A stretch of 63,872 bases of DNA, filler included, from Octopus bimaculoides (Eukaryota): assembly GCF_001194135.2 (NCBI RefSeq). It is 4 parts of 4 records of this genome, joined end to end, with 100 filler letters (N's around TTAATTAATTAA, not from the genome) between each part and the next. Parts side by side here need not be neighbours in the genome. Positions count along the whole stretch, not along the records: positions 57,478 to 63,872 come from NC_068985.1; 3 more parts are not named here. The stretch is one strand, 5' to 3'. The notes under the pieces are model-generated. The model saw nothing but the letters and a program-made list of their open reading frames with translations. It was not told the origin of the DNA and made no database searches. This document shows, piece by piece, positions 62,266-63,872 of the stretch (the stretch's first letter is position 1; every line of letters starts with the position of its first letter). The position numbers and the translations under genes are program-made.

Positions 62266-63230
62266 TACATAGTAACACAATTTCTGTTCGATATTGGTGA
62301 CTAGACTAGTTAGTAAACGAAAATAAATGTAAATAGTGATATATTTTGTTTTGTTGATATTGGGTCAAATATTACTTTTTATGTAAGTAAATGAATGGTG
62401 GGTTTAGCAGGTTTTGTTTGGTTTCGCTGAATATTTGTAGTTTCAATTTTCATTAAAATTTCAGTAAAAAAAAGATATTCATAATTAATTTTAGTTGTAT
62501 CAATGACGAACATATATTGATCTCCGACATGTGAAGAGGAACCACATTAGCTTTAAAAATTGATCAATTTTACATTAGCAACATAATTAGTTGTGGGTGA
62601 ATTCAATGGAAACGGCTTTGTGTTAAATAGAACAGTTTGCAGGAAAAAGCAAAAAACCCACGATGAAAACTGCCTGTTCAAGTCTATGTGTGCGTATTTT
62701 AAGAATACGGAACACGAGACGTTTTAGAAGCAATACGGTTTATCTTAAATATTTGATCAGAATTTACACTATGTTCATAATCTGATATCAGTGCGTTAAG
62801 ATCGATATAGCATATTAATCAAACAATCCGTATGTATTTACTTTACAAACGTTCGATAGATTGACTAATTCTTGTTTTGTTTTCTAACGTTTTCTCTAAA
62901 CCAATAGTTAATTTTTTCGTACTAATTGTATTTCATTACTTCTCCAAATTGTAATTATCTTTAGTTTTTTTCCGAGCACGATTTTGAAAGTATATAAAAC
63001 ATGCTTCATTTATAATATTCTCTTAATAATTGAAATGATAATTGTTTGTGACTAGACGTGCGGTATCAGTGAAAAATAAGCCGTTTTGTTTTGAAAGTAG
63101 CACAAGTTTTGCACCATCTACTACCACTGGGTGACTGAGTCGCGGAAGCAGTAGACTAAAAGACTAAGACATATTTATGAAATAGCAATGACAACGACAG
63201 AGAGTGGCACCGAGCTGGGTTGCAGATTCA

Positions 63231-63408
63231 TTCTTTTCTACTATAGGCACAAGGCCCGAAATTTTGGGGGAGAGGACCAGTCGATTAGATAGAACCCAGT
63301 ACGCAACCGGTACTTAATATATCGACCCCGAAAGGATGAACGGCAAAGTCGACCTCAGCGGAATTTGAACTCAGAACGTAAAGACAGACAATATACCGCG
63401 TGCTAACA
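63231..63408 (-). mobile_element. SINE family B
   Basis: TTCTTTTCTACTATAGGCACAAGGCCCG…ATCGACCCCGAAAGGATG…GTCGACCTCAGCGGAATTTGAACTCAGAACG. Confidence 0.9.
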
Positions 63409-63449
63409 TTCATTGTATAATTATATATATAGTTATATTCTATATGACA

Positions 63450-63856
63450 TTTAGTGATAATTGTAATTCTTCTTTTCGGTGAAGCATTGCAACCTGCTGT
63501 TTATATTAATTTTGTTCATACACATTAGCGGATTGCTAAATCATCCATTGACTTGGATGGCGAAAACATATATACTAATTGAGAAACGGGTCCAGAAAGA
63601 GTCGAACACCGTGCTGGCTTAACAGATGAAGCAACGGAGGTCGCCGAAACTGACGTCAGTCTTAAGAATTCTCGGTCGTTTATGGTCCCTGTTAGTGTAT
63701 ATGTTTTCATTCATGTGCGTTAAGCATTAGAACGCTCTAGCTCTTATTTCTAGCAATGTAGGTGGTTTTTAACAACCTTGTCAAATTTAGTGAGAATTGT
63801 AATTCTCCTTTTTCGTGAAACATCGCAATCTGCTGTTTATATTAATTTTGTATACA
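63450..63856 (+). repeat. Direct repeat with 336-bp period (about 70 bp visible twice: 63450-63520 and 63786-63856)
   Basis: TTTAGTGATAATTGTAATTCT…GCAACCTGCTGTTTATATTAATTTTGT versus TTTAGTGAGAATTGTAATTCT…GCAATCTGCTGTTTATATTAATTTTGT. Confidence 0.85.
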
Positions 63857-63872
63857 TATATATATATATATA

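Noticed and set aside
527-63872. Dozens of long ORFs such as [31 protein letters not shown] and poly-X in the supplied track
   Set aside because: They are translations of (TA)n, (CA)n, (CT)n and (CATA)n microsatellites or of N gaps; no coding evidence.

Overview
AT-rich, microsatellite-dense, gappy eukaryotic DNA. The SINE/LINE repertoire looks like an Octopus (coleoid cephalopod) genome; this is inferred from repeat families, not proven. Three artificial 100-bp spacers (44 N + TTAATTAATTAA + 44 N, at 25665, 46821 and 57378) show the window is four joined scaffold pieces. Only two host-gene signals are supportable. The first is a C1orf74/UPF0739 (DUF4504)-like gene on + with coding exons 37376-37417 and 40672-41640 (about 336 aa). 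The second is one isolated 74-bp internal exon (55530-55603, +) of a protein tyrosine phosphatase that best fits IA-2/PTPRN. The rest is transposon debris: an internally deleted Tigger, several mariner remnants and MITEs, R4/Dong, Tx1-like, RTE and CR1 LINE fragments, a Gypsy LTR element in two opposed halves, an unclassified TIR element with a 6-bp TSD, and more than 25 copies of tRNA-derived SINEs. The most interesting pattern is a conserved non-LTR 3' tail (…GTTTGTCTGTCC…GGCAA…GAAATA). It is repeatedly joined at a fixed nucleotide within the tRNA-like heads of two SINE families, and a LINE 5' end sits 15 bp downstream of the same site in another SINE head. Together these suggest a sequence-specific Tx1-type retrotransposon and partner SINE that target SINE heads. 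Most long ORFs in the supplied track are microsatellite or N-gap artefacts.
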